DNA of 64,000 nt, from assembly GCF_018350175.1 (NCBI RefSeq), contig NC_058368.1:3658001-3722000 (forward strand), written 5' to 3'. A program made the translations under genes and the position numbers. This document shows positions 11,876-24,596 of this stretch, in pieces. How positions within the stretch are numbered: position 1 is the first letter of the stretch; each line of letters starts with the position of its first letter. The notes beneath the pieces are model-generated. The model was given only the letters and a program-made list of their open reading frames with translations, did no database searches and was not told the DNA's origin. This DNA comes from Felis catus (lineage: Eukaryota).

Positions 11876-13759
11876 GACCCAAGAACTACCTCCATACAGA
11901 CGCTGAGTATCAGATCCAAATTTCTCCATGATATTAAAGACCGTTTATCGTCTCCCCCTGCCCTACTCAACCAGCCAAATTCATTACTTCTTCCCAAGCA
12001 TAGACTCTTGATTGAATAGAGCCACTCATATTTTTGTTGGTCAACATACATCCATCTTCCCTTGTAGACTGTGTGTTAACCTGGAAAGAGTTTGGAAGAA
12101 GCAAACAAACGTTTAAGGTTAAGGACTTGCAATTCCTCGAACATAGATTCAGGAAAATACCCAAATAGTGTTCCCACCTATATGGTGAAAGCAATGGGTT
12201 GAGGAAAAGAAAGGGGAGGTGGGGGGCAATTATATGAGCTGAAAAAAAAATTTTTTTTTAAGTTTTCTCGGAGTGTTAACAAACTATGCTACTCCTGCTG
12301 CTTTTATTTTCAGAAAGTTCACAACAGATTAGGACATCTGTCCTCCTGCTGACTTCTCAAATGACTGCTTAAAACAACTGCCCTTAAGCCCAATCCAAGA
12401 ATCATGGCCCACTTCAAACAAAGATGGGGAGGACAGCTTTCTCTGGAGTGGCATCTCCAGCCCTGTTTCAAAATGGCTCCAGTCATGTCTCCTTTTTTCC
12501 ACTTGAAAACCACATAATAATATCAAAGCTTTTAGGAGGCCATCAGCGCACACGTCATGAGGTTGAACAGAGGCTAGGTGCTTATTAAATACTTGTCACT
12601 TATGAAATAATCAGTGAGTTGGTTGCCTGTTGGCTGGTTTTAGTAAAACAAGCTAAAGTTGGATGACCAGACTCTCCAGACAAAAAGCCATCTCTAGTTG
12701 CTTAAACAGGACATAATGTTCGTCTCCAAATGAAGATACCACAAAAATAACATGAACAATAAATTATAATTACTAACTAAAGCTCTATGGTCAAATCTAC
12801 CTTGGAAAAGAAATGAGGACTTTTATCCTCTAAGACTGACAGGATAAACTTTGATTTTTTAAAATGTCTTCATAGGATTTAAATCTAAAAAAAAAATCAT
12901 TTATGCAATCTATTTAAAAAAATAAGTATGCAGATGGTGATGTCAAATTTACTCCAAGAAATCCGATGAAGTAAATTTGGGAGTACTTAGGTAATTTCTC
13001 TGAATTTCTAGGACATGTGAGACTCTGTTCATACTTCCCTTTTTAAAAACAGCGTTGGCAAACAGGACAGTGGAGGCATTCCCACATAGTTCCAGTAGTT
13101 TCCATCTTTTTTTGATAAGAGCCTTGAGCTCATTGCTTTCTGGGCACAAGTGCTCAAATTAAAAAAAAAAAAAAAAAAAGCATGGGAAGAACTATCTTGG
13201 GCTAACACAGGTACAGACAGTACAGAGATATTTAAAATTCTGCCTAATGTCTAAATTGGTTGTAGGACTAGAATGTAGGACAGGTCTTCCCAAGACAAAT
13301 GTGAGAACAGGCTGGAAAGTGCTTATGCCAAAGTCTACCAGAGTAGACGTTGCTGAGGGATTCCTAAACTGGAAGCAAGACGGGCAATCTTAGATTCACC
13401 CACCTCAGCTGGTAGAGGAGGAAGCGTCGTGGGCCACTGGGGTTCCCTGCATGGCGGTTGGGGAACAAGCTGGGATTAACACCCAGATTGCTGGTCCCAG
13501 AAGAATGCGAGTCCGTCTCCCTCCCAGTGCGGAGTTAAACAGAGAGGTGTTTCTCTGAAAGCATATTATAGAAGCCTTTTGTGGGAGTGCTGAATTGGTC
13601 ACAGAAATAGCTTGCTTAATTTCTGGACCACTTCTAAACGGGCATGAAAAGAATACATAGGGAAAAAAAAAACTTACAAAGCTAGAGCTAGAAGGATGTT
13701 CTTAATATAATTACATGTTTAAATGAATAATGCACTAACACGATTTAAAAGCTCAAAAC

Positions 13760-13985
13760 GGGGGTGCCTGGGTGGCACCCAGTCAGTCAGTGGGTCAAGC
13801 GTCTGACTTCAGCTCAGGTCATGATCTCACAGTTCGTAGGTTCGAGCCCCAAGTCGGGCTCTGTGCTGACAGCTCGGAGCCTGGAGCCTGCTTTGGATTC
13901 TGTGTCTCCCGCTTTGTCTGCTCCTCCCCCACTTGCGCTCTGTCTCTCTCCTTCAAAAACAAATAAACATTTAAAAAAATTTTTT
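13760..13985 (+). mobile_element. CanSINE (SINEC_Fc)
   Basis: Consensus body; TSD aagctcaaaac on both sides. Confidence 0.95.
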
Positions 13986-14056
13986 TAAGCTCAAAACAAA
14001 ATAGACAAACATAGATTATCAAGTTCCTGTCTTTCATAGCTTCTGGACTTTAAAGA

Positions 14057-14283
14057 ATTTTTTAATGTTTATTTATTTATTTTGAGAGAGACAGAGAGGG
14101 AGAGTGAGCATGAGAGGGGGTGGGATGGGGCAGAGAGAGAGAGAGAGAGAGAGAGAATCCCAAGCAGGCTCTGGGCGTCAGTGCAGAGCCCAATGTGGGG
14201 CTCAAACTCACAAACCATGAGATCGTGACCAGAGCTGAGATCAAGGGTCAGAGGCTTAACCCACCGAGCCACCCAGCCGTCCC
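14057..14283 (-). mobile_element. CanSINE
   Basis: Consensus body; TSD ggacttt(t/c)aa. Confidence 0.95.
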
Positions 14284-14505
14284 TAGGACTTTCAATCACA
14301 ATTGGAAAGACCTTTCCATTCTAAAGTATAAACAATTCACTCACGATTTCTTCTGGCACATTTACAATTTCATGTTTGGGGATACCCGACTTGAGACGCC
14401 ACTGTCACCACATTCTAAATTCCTGTGTGTCCTGTGCGTTTCTGGTCTTTCTCTAGTGTTCCAATGATATGTTTATCTATACACCAGTGTCATTCAGTTT
14501 TGTTT

Positions 14506-14575
14506 TTTTTTTTCAATGTTTGCTTATTTTTGAGAGACAGAGCATGAGTGGGGGAGGGACAGAGTGGAAGGCACA
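14506..14575 (-). mobile_element. 5'-truncated CanSINE (tail portion only)
   Basis: ttcaatgtttgcttatttttgagagacagagcatgagtgggggagggacagag. Confidence 0.8.
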
Positions 14576-14705
14576 GAAAAGTTTTTTAGTTCATGGATTC
14601 GTAATTTGGAAAGCATATGACCTATAAATAGAGGTAGTTTTTACCTCTTCTTTCCTATTGTCATATTTCCATAATTCCATACTTTTGTACTTAAAAGCTC
14701 ATTGA

Positions 14706-14737
14706 GGGGCGCCTGGGTGGTGCAGTCGGTTAAGCGT
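14706..14737 (+). mobile_element. 32-nt CanSINE 5' head only, flanked by a perfect 15-bp direct repeat
   Basis: ttaaaagctcattga (14691-14705) + ggggcgcctgggtggtgcagtcggttaagcgt + ttaaaagctcattga (14738-14752). Confidence 0.9.
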
Positions 14738-15002
14738 TTAAAAGCTCATTGACTAATACCACCAATATAATGTTAAAATTCTACTGGAATTTTATGTAAT
14801 TCTATTTTTATGTTTTAAATAAGTTATATTGGAATTATACTGGCATAAAACCTACTTGGTTAAAATATATAATTCTTGTGCTATAGAATTCTTTTTTTAA
14901 AGAATTTTGCATTGATATTCTTAAATAATGCCAATATATAAATTTCCTACACAATCATTATTAGAATTTGTTATCTATAGTCTACCCACTTATTTAAAAA
15001 AA

Positions 15003-15214
15003 ATTTTTTTTAACGTTTATTTATTTTTGAGACAGGGAGAGACAGAGCATGGACGGGGGAGGGTCAGAGAGAGAGGGAGACACAGAATCTGAAACAGGCT
15101 CCAGGCTCTGAGCTGTCAGCACAGAGCCCGACGTGGGGCTCGAACTCATGGACCGTGAGATCATGACCTGAGCCGAAGTCGGTCACTCAACCGACTGAGC
15201 CACCCAGGCGCCCC
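15003..15214 (-). mobile_element. Young CanSINE (SINEC_Fc)
   Basis: Near-consensus with CpGs retained; TSD tacccacttatttaaaaa. Confidence 0.97.
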
Positions 15215-18200
15215 TACCCACTTATTTAAAAAAATTAGAAAGTTTTTCATTCATAATGCTTTAGGACAGTTTTAAATATTACTGGAATTTTCTGCCTTTC
15301 AAAGATTTGGTAAAATCAGCGTGTGAATCTTAGCCTACCTTTAGTTGCAAAGTCAGAGGAATGGTTCTTCGATGATTTTATTTTAGCTGCTGTGAAAATA
15401 AATCTACTTTTCAGCTTTTCATCCTTTATAGCGTCAGGTTTATTAAATTATATTTCCCTAGAAAAAAATTTGTGCACAGAGTTTCAATTTTATTTTCATT
15501 GAGCTATGCAAAACAGTTTCAGGATTTTTAAAAATTTTTCCTTTTTTTTTTTCATTATTTATCCTGTGAATTTCTTCCTTTGTGAGTTTGGGCATTTCCC
15601 TTTTGTATTGATTAGGTGTGTGAATAGTATATCAATCTTCATTATTTTTGGGCATCAAAACTCCCAGATTTTCTACTTATTTTTTTTTCTAATTTTTGTT
15701 TTATTCCTGATTATTTTATTTTTCAATAATTCCTTTCTTCTTCTTTTACTTATGTATCTATTTTATTGTACTTTTAATGATATATTTAACCAGGTGTTTA
15801 GTTTATTTTCCTTTGTTTTCTTAAACTTATATGTGTTTTAAAGGCTGTAAGTTTTCCTTTAGTACTACATTATTGTTTTTCATAGTTTTGATTATATGCC
15901 ATTTGCATTATTGTCCTTTTCTAAAAACTCATTGCTTATTTCGTATTTTCAATTTGACCCAAGTATAACTTATTAAGAATATTTTCAAATTTTAGGCGAA
16001 AGGCCATTTTTGTTTTGAACTGTGAAATAAAATTCTAGTTTTACTGCACTGACAAAAAAGGAGTCTGTCTAGATTAATTCCACTTTTCAGAATGCATTAA
16101 GATAGTTTTGTGTCCAACTGTAAGTTCAACTTTCATGACTATTACTTATATACTTGAAAATAAACTTTCTTATCAATTATGGTAGAAAGTTAAATGTATT
16201 TAACTTCCGGTCTAGTTTATTGATTATTTTGCTTATCTCTTCTATATCATTACTTTTTCTTAGCTGCTTGATCTATCTTGAATTAAGAGGAGAAGAGTAA
16301 GAGAGTTTATAACTTTTTTTAATTCTTTAATTACTGTTACCTAAACCTCACTACTTTTATTTGATGCATTGATATTCAAAACTGTCGCACCGTTATTGTA
16401 CGAATTACACAGTTTAGCATAACACTTCTTTGTTTTGATTAATGCTTCTTACTTGACTTGTAAAATAGCAACATAAGCTGTTGTTTATTTCCATTTTCCT
16501 GGCATACATATGTGTATACTTCTGTGTTCGACCTTTCTGAAGATGTGGCTTTAGATGCGCCTTTTGAAATAGAACAGAGTTACGTTTCGCGTTATGATTC
16601 AGTCTGAATATCTGTTTATTTTCTGAAGTAAATTAAACCCGCTTAAATATGTCGATATGACTGACATATTGGGTTTGGCTCTATCATATCTTATGTTGTG
16701 TAAATTGGCCATTGGTATGCATACCTTAGAGGGCTTTCATTAGGTCCGCTGTTTCCTTTGTTTGGGTTATTTTTAGTTCTATCTCAACAGTTGTATTTTT
16801 TTGTTCTCATAGTAACTTTTATCGTTATAGTTTATAGTCTTATTTCCCTTGTCTTTGGGTAGAATGCATTGACTCTTTATGAAGAGCAACTAGAAAATTC
16901 GCTGGCTGTCTTTCCCCCCCTACCCAATTTAACAGCATTAGGTTTCTCAGAATTTGCCTTTGTCTTCTTAAACGTGCTGAAATTCTACTACCTGTTTGGC
17001 CAGTTGTAGAGGACACCCTTTGCTCCCAACCATTTGTGTGAGGCACTGTGGGCTTATTCTAGGCTCTGTCATCTGCCCCCTCCTCCAAGCTTTCTTGGCT
17101 GTATTATTTCTGCAAAGGGCAGAATACAGAGCATCTCTGTTCTGGAAAGCTCTGTCAGAGTGGGACATTAACTTGAGTATATGATCGCTTCCGACACACA
17201 ACCAGACAGCATAACACGTGATTGCCGAACAGAAAGGATTACAGCTAAAATTAAATCACTTGACCCCCATGGTTATTCAATCCAAGTAAAACATGCAGCG
17301 AGAAGCAAAGGGAGAAGACTGGTGGATTCTCACACTTGGGAGACGGCACAAGAAGGATGAGAAGACCTCACTCCCTAAATCCTGGGCTGCCGCCATGTCT
17401 CTGTGTGCCACATTGGCCCTTCCCGGTGATGGTGTGTTGTAAGAGCAAGACTTGAAGACCAACCAACAGGGGCAGTTCCACCTGGCCAGTAATTGTAGCT
17501 TGCCCTTAAGCTGCTGAGCAGTGTGTTCAGTTCTTTCTACAGATTTCAGCAGAGGCTATGCTGGCCCACAGTGGGTCTGGCCAACAGGTGGTTCACTTAA
17601 GGCATGAATGCTTGATGCCTTGTGAATGCCAGGCCCTTACCTGACCCTTCCATTCTTACTTATCTGTGTTCAACGTACACATGCTCACTTAACAAGGCTC
17701 AAAACTACCTGCGTAATTATTATACATACTTTGTCTTGTTTGTTAACACACCTGTCACATATTACATTCTCATCCCACATTTATTTTTCGATGACTGTTA
17801 TGTCTCGACTGCCAATGCCACGGGCCCTCTACTAGATGCCTCAGAAGGGGCACGAGGTCCCTCTCCAGTCTCTTGACCTTCCCCTGGGGCCACCTATTGT
17901 TGCTTGTTGTTTGGTACAAGGTTCATGGTGGGGTTGGAGCCTTCTTGGTCTTCTGGCCCAGCCTCAGTCTTAGGTACAGGTCTCAGGACCCTCCTTTCTA
18001 GGGAAAAGAGGGGGCAAGGCAGTGTGACTCCCACTCATGGATTCTGGATAGACCCTCCATGCCTCCCTGATGATAACTGCTGATAACTGGTCAGCATCTC
18101 AGATGCTTTCTTCTCAACAGTCTTGGATGGCAATACCCCTTCCTCCAAGCCCGGTCAAAGCCCAGGCAGTCCACCACCAGCTCCCCCAAATGGAAAGAAC

Positions 18201-18817
18201 TGAGCTGCTCTGGAATTTTCATCACTTGCTTACTTGGTGGCCTGGAGACCACAGTGCTCTCTGGGCCCAACAGAAGGACAGAGCTATGGTTTTGCAGTTC
18301 ACCCAACTGTGTTCATTGTTAAAGCAGAAGCCATATTTTTACTCGCTTTCTACGTTCAAAACCTAAGAGCTACCTTTAACTCTTTTATTTGCTCACTAAA
18401 AATATAAGGTGTCTACATTTTCTATTCTTGATTGTGTCTCTCCCCAGTCTTTCCTCAGCCACTCTCTTCAAATGCACAATATCAGGAATGAGGCATTCTT
18501 AAAGTTTTGTCTCGAAAAGTCTGAAGAGCAAAGTCAGATAACCTGTAATAGCTTTTAGCATTTGTCCAGAACTGTATGGTAGCAAATGGATACAGTAGCA
18601 AAAAATATCAAACAAAGTAACAGAAATGCAGTTGATAATTATACTGTATCTTACGGGCTGAACTGTGAGTAATTTCAGGTGGACACTAATAATTCTGAGC
18701 CTTCCCTAAACGCATCTGTGCAAGGAAATCACTGATCAGACGTAAACAGGTCAGAGTTTGAATGGGAAACTAAAGAGAATTAGAGAAGCAGGTGATTACA
18801 AAACGCCACTGAATTCT

Positions 18818-19662
18818 GTTTGGTGTGTGTACGCATTTAGTTTTATCGTAACAAAGCCACTTGTACATTCTTAACGCTTACAATGGAAGATTGTAAGCGT
18901 ATCTTTCTTTTCCAGTGAAACAAAAAGAAAATTGAAAAATGACCAGGGACACAATTACAAGAGAAGGTCAATTCCAAATAAGAGCCTACAGGTTCTGCTG
19001 ATTCTCCCTGCGAGTGGCAGGGCTTAAGTCATCATCAGGAGAGAATTCTATTTTAGAAGTGTCATCTTCAACTGCAAGGACGTCCATTAAACATGACAAT
19101 TAAACATGCCGAAGGAGAAGCCATGTTGTCAAAATGCCCACTGAACCCACCCAAACGTCTCAAACCCAGCCTTTGCTCTCCTTCTATAATCCCATTTTTA
19201 AAAGTTTTTTTTCTTTCTTTTTTAAATGGCAAATGCTAACTGTCCATATTCACATAGAGGCACAGTGTAATCTCTGAGCCCAATATACAGAGAAAGGAGG
19301 GGAAAATCTAGAATTCCATGCACTACACAGGGTCCCAGCACCCTCCAGCTTCGAGCAGAGCTAAGCTAACAAGTTTTTTTTCTTTCTTCCCCACAGAGCA
19401 CGGTGGTGTTGATTCCATAAAGTTTTTGTTGAGATGGGAAGGGATAAAAATGAATTTGGAAAAGAAAGGGGTCGAGATTCTTTTCCCACTATATTCTGCT
19501 CAAGGTATTTCCCCCCAAAAGAAGTTGAGAACCAGATATAAAGGGAGAGAAAAGAGAGTTCAAAAAAACAGGGAGAATGAGCACAAGAGGAGGAAGGAAA
19601 AAAAAAAAAAAAGACTGCAAGTTGCTCCCAGGGACTGGAGAAAATTAAAAAAGGAAGGTTGG
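18818..19662 (-). pseudogene. SET: 5'-truncated processed pseudogene made only of the SET mRNA 3'UTR
   Basis: Minus strand reads ccaaccttcctttttt...ttttctccagtccctgggagcaacttgcagtc(t)n...ggggggaaataccttgagcagaata...ggaatcaacaccaccgtgctctgtggg..., matching my recall of the mammalian SET 3'UTR; flanked by an 18-bp TSD aaaa(cg/ta)ccactgaattct at 18800-18817 and 19663-19680. Confidence 0.85.
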
Positions 19663-20069
19663 AAAATACCACTGAATTCTTAATGTACATTTCTAAAAGA
19701 CAGACACACACACACACATACTCACCATAAAGCAAATAACTATTCCATTTTGTGACACAGTGTATAATTAATATTTATATAGATTATCTGCATTAATAAG
19801 ATTTGGAAATGGATAGTTTCTTTATATTAGGGAAAAAGACTTTCAGAGAGCTCACATTCTATGCAAATTTAAATGTTGTATAATTGAGGTCTGATATATA
19901 AAAATAGTCTTACTCTATGCATAATTTTTGAAATAGTAAAAATATTCTACATTTCAAACAATAGACTATTTCAAGTCAGGGCATCCAGTGAATGGTAAAT
20001 TATGTTTAGTTTACTGAGAGAGAAATAGCAGTGTATTAGCTGGTAAAAAGACCTGCAGTGTTTCTATTG

Positions 20070-23000
20070 GGAAATTTAACTTGAATTACAGCATTTTAAG
20101 GATTTTTTTCATTGATATTCATAAGTTACATAAGTCAGTAGTTTTCTTTTCTTGTGATATCCTTGTCTGGTTTGGCCTTCTGGAAAATACCGGCCACATA
20201 AAATGGGCTGAGGAGTCGTCCCTCCTCTCTACTTTTTGTGAGAATTGCCAGCGATTCTTTAAATATTTTGCCCAAGAGAGCAGGAAAGCCATGCTGGGTC
20301 TTCGTGTTCCTTTGCGGAAAGGTTTTAAATTACTAATTTAACCTCTTGTTCCTCAGGCACTCTATTTCTTCTGATATCAGTTTTGGTGTTTCTGAGTTTC
20401 TAGGGATTTTTCTATTTCCTCTGAGTTCTCTAACTGTTTGGCATCAATTGTGCTATTCCTTCATAATGCTGTCTTCCTGATCCTTGATTTTTGTAATTTG
20501 TGTCTTTTCTTTCTTTCTTGGTAAATCTTGAAAATCTACTTTAAAGCAGTTAGACCCAACATCATCCATAGATCATAGGGTTTATCAATTGTTGGTTTTA
20601 CCTTTTCAGCTAAATGATAAGCTGATATCTTTTCATTTTTGTGGATTTTTTTCTTTCATTTTTCTATCCTTGATGTCTCATATTTCCTCTCTCATCTTTC
20701 TTTCTCCTTTCTGCTTGTTTACATATGCATTTCTCTTCACTTTCTAATTTCAAGGTCGGGTTATGATTTAATATCTTTTCTCTTCTTTAATATATATGCT
20801 GACGGCCATAAACACTTCCCAGAGTGAGGTGTACCCCATTCATTTTCATGTCATTTTCCAGTATCATTTATCTCCAAGTATTTTCCACATTTCCTTATAA
20901 TTTCTTATTTTTCCATTGGTTACTTAGAAGAATTGTTTAATTTCTACATATCTGTGAATCTCCCAAATTTCCTTCAATTAACCAATTTCTAATTTTATTC
21001 CATTGTGATAAGAGAGCAGACTTTGTAAAATTTCTCTCCTTTAAATGTACTCTTTTTTTTTTAATGGCCTAATATGTTATCTTGTAGAATGGTTCATGTA
21101 TTGTTAGCGAGCATATGCATTTTGCTGTGGTTGGGTGAATTGTTCTATCAATCATCTGTTAGATCTAACTGCTTTAAAACATTTTCAAACCGGTTTTCTT
21201 TTTGATATTCTGCATAGTATTTTATCCATTATTTAAAGTAGGGTGTTAAAGTCTCCAACTACCCTTGATGCATTTGCTATCTCTCTCTACAATTCTGACA
21301 GCTTGTATTAATTGGGGTGGGAGGGGAGCGCTTTTGTTTTTAGTTTGTATGTTAACAATTCTTACTCTTGAGTCCAGCTCAGGCCACGATCTCACGGTTC
21401 ATGGGCTTGAGCCCCACATGGGGCTTTGTGCTGACAGCTCAGAGCCTGGAGCCTGTTTCAGATTCTGTGTCTCCCTCTTTCTCTGACCCTCCCCTGTTCA
21501 TGTTCTCTGTCTCAAAAATAAATAAATGTTAAAAAAAATTTTTTTTAAAGATTATCTGTGTTTGAACTTTGACAGCTTGACTCTGATGTATTTAGCTGTG
21601 GATTTCCATGTGTTTGTCCCACTTGCAGTGTGTTAAGCATCTTGGTTGTGCTAATGTCTTTCATCAAATTTGGAAATTTTGTGATTATTATTACTTCAAA
21701 TATTCTTTCTTCCCCTTTGTCTCTCTCTTCTCTAACTCTCATTATAGGTTTGCCAGGATCCTTGCTGGTGTCTCACAGGTCTGATTTTACTGCACTCTTG
21801 GATTCCTCAGACTGTATAATCTCAATTGACTTAGAATAAAGGTCACAGATTCTATCTTCTGCCAGTTCAAATCTTATATTGGCCCTGTCCAGTGAAATTT
21901 TATTTGTTATTGTCCTTTTCAACTGCAGAATTTCTCTTTGGCTTGCTTCTTAATAATTTCTGTCTCCTTATTTATTTTCTTTTCATGAGCCTTCATTCCT
22001 ATATTTTCCTTTAGTTCTTTAGATATGGTTGTGGTTATATTTGAACATATTACCATAGCTGAATTAAAATAGTTTTCTAGAAAGTACAACATCTTATCTT
22101 CCTTATAGACAATTTTTTTTCTACTAACTGCTTATTTTCTTGTGTCTGGGTCACACTTTCCTGTTTCTTGCATGTCTCATAAATTTTTCTTAAAAACTGA
22201 GTATTTCAAATGTTATAATATGGAAATTTTAGAAATCAGATTCCCTCTAGAATTTAAAATTTTTATTTTCTTGCTACTTGTGTTGTTGTTGTTCTTACTG
22301 TTTGTTAAGTGACTTTCCTGGACTCATTCAGTACAGTCTGCGTTCTTTGTCATGGGCAGCAACTAACATCCCTGCTTGATTGGCATAGCAGCCAGCAAAT
22401 GACTGGACAGAGATTCCCTTAAATGCTTTGGAATAATGCCTCCTATCCTTTGCCAAGCAGCCCAGTATGGTTTGGGGGGGCACACCTTCAACGCTCCAGC
22501 ATGCATTTTACAACTTTCCACTAGCCTTCACTCCCTGTTTATACATAACCTCATAACCTGCATCTGGCCTTTTGGATTCTTAGGAATGTGCAAGAGCTTT
22601 TCAAGGCCCCCTATGATCATCTCATTCCTGGTTTTTCATTTTAAGTTTTTTCCATGGAATTCTTATTAGTTTCCAACCTGATGGTCACCTCAGGCCGTGT
22701 GATGTCACACAACCGTCACATCTTGGGGATAGGGCTGTGCACACAGAGTAAGCTCAGAGTACGATCAAATAAAGATAAGCCCTGTGATCTGAACTTTTCA
22801 GTGAGTGGCTAGATTGATCAGATAGCGATCCTCTCTGGGGCAAGGCTTTCTAAGGAGCTCCAACCCTTTCTTCCCCTCCAGTTTCTGTTAAGCTACTCAT
22901 TTTTACAGCTACCTTAGTTGTAAGGTTGTGTTGTCAGGGATACCATAGAAAAGGGGAGGCAGGGCGGCAATAAGGCAGGAAGTGAAAATCCCACGAAGCT

Positions 23001-23140
23001 CACAGTTCTTACAGAGCTTCAGCCACTCGTCTTAATTTAATGATCTTTGGACTGCTGCAACTCTTTCATTAATTTCCAGGGTCCTGAAAAAGTTGATGTT
23101 GGCGATTTTTGCCAGTGCTCTCATTGTTTTTATGGACAGC
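20070..23140 (-). mobile_element. Old LINE-1 (L1M-class): ORF2 5' part, ORF1 and 5' region
   Basis: gtgttaaagtctccaacta (EN domain), tctttcatcaaatttggaaatttt (ORF1); minus ORF ERIFEVIIITKFPNLMKD. Confidence 0.85.
21372..21545 (+). mobile_element. 5'-truncated CanSINE
   Basis: cagctcaggccacgatctcacggttcatggg...aaaaataaataaatgttaaaa. Confidence 0.9.
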
Positions 23141-23745
23141 TTTCCAAAGCAAATTAAAAGATTCATTTATTTTCCTGTTAAATATTTACAGAAATCTAAC
23201 TTGTGATAGACCTATTGATAGTGAGCAAGATAGGTTAACTGCCCCAGGGTGGAAGACAAAAAATTTAACGAGTAAACATAAAATACAATGCCATGAACAC
23301 AAGTCATGCTTGGCCCATATATCTTGTTTATGGAACTAATAACAAAAATATGACAAAGCACGGAAGTCAGAGTCAGATACACCTAAACCAGGGGGCATTG
23401 ATTTGAAACAAAAGCATGAAGTGTTCCCAAATCCTAAAGATGAATTTCTAGAACCCTAGCCAAGATGGATGCACATCGAAGAGTATTTGGACAGAAATTT
23501 CTCAAAATGGAAAACAAAGAATCACTAACTTGAAGAACTGGTTTCTATGACTAGATAAGGAAAAAGGTAAGGTAAGGTAAGGTAAAAGGAACCAAACATT
23601 ACTTTATGCCCTCTTATGTGCCATTCTTCAAAAAAAAAAAAAAAAATCTGGGCATTCACTCATACTGTTTTCTCTGCTTTGACTACATATAATCTAGATC
23701 TCACTACATCATAATAACACCCCCTCAAGAAACTCCTTGAGAATA

Positions 23746-23931
23746 GGGACAGCCTGGGTGGTTTAGCCAGTTGAGCATCCAACTCTTGATTTCGACTCAG
23801 GTCATGATCCCAATGTTGTGGGATTAAGCCCCATGTTGGGCTCCATGCTGAGTATGAAGCCTGCTTAAGATTCTCTCTCTCTCTCCCTCTCCCTGTCTCC
23901 TCCACTCATGAACTCTCTCTCTCTGAAATGA

Positions 23932-24012
<81 letters not shown>
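23746..24012 (+). mobile_element. CanSINE with (GAAA)n tail
   Basis: Perfect TSD aagaaactccttgagaata; (GAAA)n at ~23930-24012. Confidence 0.95.
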
Positions 24013-24013
<1 letters not shown>

Positions 24014-24051
24014 AGAAACTCCTTGAGAATAAGTTTCTTTAAGAAAAGATT

Positions 24052-24268
24052 AGGGGCACCTGGGTGGCTCAGTCAAACATCTGACTCTTGGTTTTGGCTC
24101 AGGTCATGATCTAATGGTTCATGAGTTTGAGCCCTGCATACGACTCTGTGCTAACATTACGGAGTCTGCTTGGGATTCTCTCTCTCCCTCTCTCTCTGCA
24201 CCTCCCCTGCTCATTCTCTCACTCTCTCTCTCAAAATGAATAAATAAACATAAAATTTTTTTAAAAAT
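24052..24268 (+). mobile_element. CanSINE
   Basis: ggggcacctgggtggctcag head, CT tract, A-tail. Confidence 0.95.
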
Positions 24269-24269
24269 A

Positions 24270-24490
24270 GGCGTGCCTGGGTGGCTCAGTTGAGCATCTG
24301 ACTTCGGCTCAGGTCATGATCTCTCTGTTCGAGGGTTCGAGCAACAGGCTCTGTGTTGACAGCTCAGAGCCTGGAGCCTGCTTCGGATTCTGTGTCTCCT
24401 TTTTTTTCCACCCCGCCCCCGCTCACACTCTGTCTCCCTCAAAAATAACTAAACATTAAAAAAATGTTTTTAATTTAAAAAAATAAAAGA
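24270..24490 (+). mobile_element. CanSINE directly after the tail of the previous one
   Basis: ggcgtgcctgggtggctcag...gagcctggagcctgcttcggattctgtgtc. Confidence 0.95.
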
Positions 24491-24596
24491 AGCCTCTCTG
24501 AATTAATATCATTTGCTCCTGCAAATTTCAAGATATTTTATATATATATCATTTGTCTATGATCAATATTATTTTGATGTTTAAAAATTTATTTAC

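Larger units (their letters stand above)
14580..16850 (-). mobile_element. Very old, degraded LINE-1 (L1M-class) ORF2
   Basis: T-rich strand with residual L1 motifs (tttttacctcttctttcct, gatttggtaaaatca, ttttactgcactg). Confidence 0.6.

Noticed and set aside
12300..12400. Good acceptor cttttattttcag as a coding exon start
   Set aside because: Stops in all three frames within 60 nt and no clear donor.
13155..13180. ATTAAA plus poly(A) as the end of another retrocopy
   Set aside because: The signal abuts the A-run, and I found no TSD or recognisable parent sequence.
19318..19735. 121-aa and 124-aa ORFs
   Set aside because: They lie in the SET 3'UTR retrocopy, cross homopolymer runs, and show no SET/NAP protein similarity.
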